DNA of 64,000 nt. Origin: Macrostomum lignano. Its lineage: Eukaryota. Location of the stretch: positions 5,407 to 69,406 of the forward strand of contig NIVC01003924.1 of the NCBI GenBank assembly GCA_002269645.1, written 5' to 3'. Shown piece after piece: positions 62,001 through 64,000 of the stretch. The notes under the pieces were generated by a model. The model searched no databases, was not told the DNA's origin, and was given only the letters and a program-made list of their open reading frames with translations. Position numbers and translations under genes: made by a program. Each line of letters begins with the position of its first letter. Positions within the stretch are counted from its first letter, which is position 1.

Positions 62001-62396
62001 TGCGAGTCCAGCGGCTTTCAGCTTCAGCTGTCCATGGTGATCCACAAAATTCTCTCTTGCGCTCATAGTTTATAAGAACTAAGAGACATTTTTCTGCTTT
62101 ATTACTAAATATACTGATGGCATCAACTAAGACCAAGCCTTAATAGTTTTGCTTCCGGTGCTCTTGGGGGTTTTGAATAGATAATTAAACCCTTAATAAA
62201 ATAGATTCTGTACTGCAGTTGAACTAATAAATCTTTCAAAATTTATCTACTTTTCATTTCCCATATCTTTTACAGCTGAAGCATACTTCAATTTTTGTTT
62301 TTATGCGTTGAAGGCCTTGAAGAAGCTTCGATAAAAATCTCAGCAGCACATCCGGGAAGTACAGCATGCATGGCCCTGGCTTCACCCAGGACTCAC

Positions 62397-62578
62397 CACT
62401 CGCTCCGTGTTGTCCTTGTAGACCAGCGGCCGGGCGCCCCAGCCGTCCGAGCCGATCCAGCTGAACTTGTCCGTGTAGTTCAGGTCGCGCACTGCCGACA
62501 TGAAGTCGCCAACTTCCTGGTCTGAGCCGAATACAACCACGCCTGCGATTTGTCGGTTGGGTGTGCACAGCTGCTGGA
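62397..62578 (-). CDS. mtt: mGluR-like exon, GVVVFGSDQEV..WIGSDGW (5' boundary uncertain)
   Basis: Venus flytrap motif FSWIGSDGW; donor GTG|GTGAGT. Confidence 0.85.
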
Positions 62579-62594
62579 CTCCGGGCTTAGATTC

Positions 62595-63022
62595 ACCCAC
62601 TCTCCGATGCTTCACCCACCCCACTCCTCCGATGCTTCACCCACCCACTCCTCCGATGCTTCACCCACCCCACTCCTCCGATGCTTCACCCACTCCAGTC
62701 CCGCGATGCTTCACCCACCCCACTCCTCCGATGCTTCACCCACCCACTCCTCCGATGCTTCACCCACCCCACTCCTCCGATGCTTCACCCACTCCAGTCC
62801 CGCGATGCTTCACCCACCCACTCCTCCGATGCTTCACCCACCCCACTCCTCCGATGCTTCACCCACTCCAGTCCCGCGATGCTTCACCCACCCCCCCTCC
62901 AATGCTTCACCCACCCCACTCCTCCGATGCTTCACCCACCCCACTCCTCCGATACTTCACCCACCCCACTCCTCCGATGCTTCACCCACCCCACTCCTCC
63001 GATGCTTCACCCACCCCACTCC
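62595..63022 (+). repeat. ~21-25-bp minisatellite (CACCCACCCCACTCCTCCGATGCTT)
   Basis: Fills almost the whole intron. Confidence 0.93.
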
Positions 63023-63041
63023 ACAGATCCCATGCTCTCAC

Positions 63042-63204
63042 CCGAAGCACCAATTCCCTCGAAAGAGCTCTGGTGCTTAACCAGTCGGTGAATTTTGGTA
63101 TAATATTCTTCAATTTTAGCCAGCTTGGAGTCCCTGGGCAGAGTCTCAACCAGAGCTGCGCAGATTCTGTTGCTTCTAAACAGCTTCTCGATCTCTTCGA
63201 ACGC
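63042..63204 (-). CDS. mtt: mGluR-like exon, AFEEIEKLF..ICAALVE (3' boundary uncertain)
   Basis: Acceptor TCTCAG|GCG. AFEE.E.L...ICxA.ExL..DS resembles mXR. The donor G|GTGAG is tentative. Confidence 0.75.
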
Positions 63205-63295
63205 CTGAGATTGATAGAAAAAAATAAAAACGAAATCTTATTCTTCTACTCTTCGATTCATTTAGCGACTGTAAGTGAATTTGCTAGTTGCTTAC

Positions 63296-63466
63296 CTCTC
63301 TGCCGTATTTGGAATCCTCGTACACAATAGACACATAAGACCAATTGAATGCCATGATGAGGTCCACAATAACAATGGCTTGGTACTTGTCCGACGGTAT
63401 GGTTCGCAGGAAGTAGGGAAACCGGTTCTTGTCCGACAGCTGAGGCGCTGTCGAGAAGAAGCTGAT
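63296..63466 (-). CDS. mtt: mGluR-like (mXR/class IV) receptor exon, ISFFST..YGRE
   Basis: Acceptor CGCAG|ATC and donor GAG|GTAAGC. Sequence ISFFSTAPQLSDKNRFPYFLRTIPSD...WSYVSIVYE..YG. Confidence 0.9.
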
Positions 63467-63524
63467 CTGCGAGCGGGCAGATATGGTTGGATGTGAAAGA
63501 ATGGCGGGTGAGTGAGCGACAAAT

Positions 63525-64000
63525 AGGAGGAGAGTGAGAGACAAATGGCAGAGATCGTGAAAGACAAATGGCAGAGATCGTGAGAGACAAATGGCAGAGA
63601 TCGTGAGAGACAAATAGCAGGAGGTGAGAGACAAATGGCAGAGATCGTGAGAGACAAATAGCAGGAGGGTGAAAGACAAATGGCAGAGATGGTGAGAGAC
63701 AAATGGCAGAGATCGTGAAAGACAAATGGCAGAGATGGTGAGAGACAATTAAATGGCAGAGATGGTGAGAGACAAATAGCAGGAGGGTGAGAGACAAATG
63801 GCAGAGATCGTGAGAGACAAATGGCAGAGATGGTGAGAGACAAATGGCAGAGATGGTGAGAGACAAATAGCAGGAGGGTGAGAGACAAATGGCAGAGATG
63901 GTGAGAGACAAATGGCAGAGATGGTGAGAGACAAATGGCAGAGATGGTGAGAGACAAATGGCAGAGATGGTGAGAGACAAATAGCAGGAGGGTGAGAGAC
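63525..64000 (+). repeat. ~23-bp minisatellite (GTGAGAGACAAATGGCAGAGATG)
   Basis: Intronic; runs off the window edge. Confidence 0.93.

Overview
This is eukaryotic (animal) genomic DNA, probably from a flatworm such as Macrostomum; that assignment is an inference from GC-rich exons and introns saturated with minisatellites. Two host genes lie on the minus strand. One is a 7-repeat protocadherin (three coding exons, 1935-11812, continuing left of the window). The other is a class C GPCR of the mXR/mangetout (class IV mGluR) type (eight exons, 53840-63466, continuing right of the window). Between them is a recently inserted 14.7-kb Polinton/Maverick (adintovirus-like) element at 14854-29582, with AGTAGT termini, 84-bp identical TIRs and a 6-bp CTAACT TSD inside a (CTAA)n microsatellite. 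Its virion and integration block is intact: PLA2X, packaging ATPase, penton, integrase-chromodomain, core protein, MCP and adenain protease. Its protein-primed polymerase has lost the whole catalytic core. The left arm carries unusual cargo: intron-containing genes, a putative tandem-OB ssDNA-binding protein, a dUTPase and a divergent TATA-binding-protein homologue. A TATAAG(C/T) motif sits upstream of most structural genes. The main hypothesis is a Maverick-encoded late-transcription system made of a viral TBP and its own TATA-like promoter. The rest of the window is tandem repeats, a Tc1-like deletion derivative, hAT/MITE/foldback elements and a tRNA-derived SINE family.
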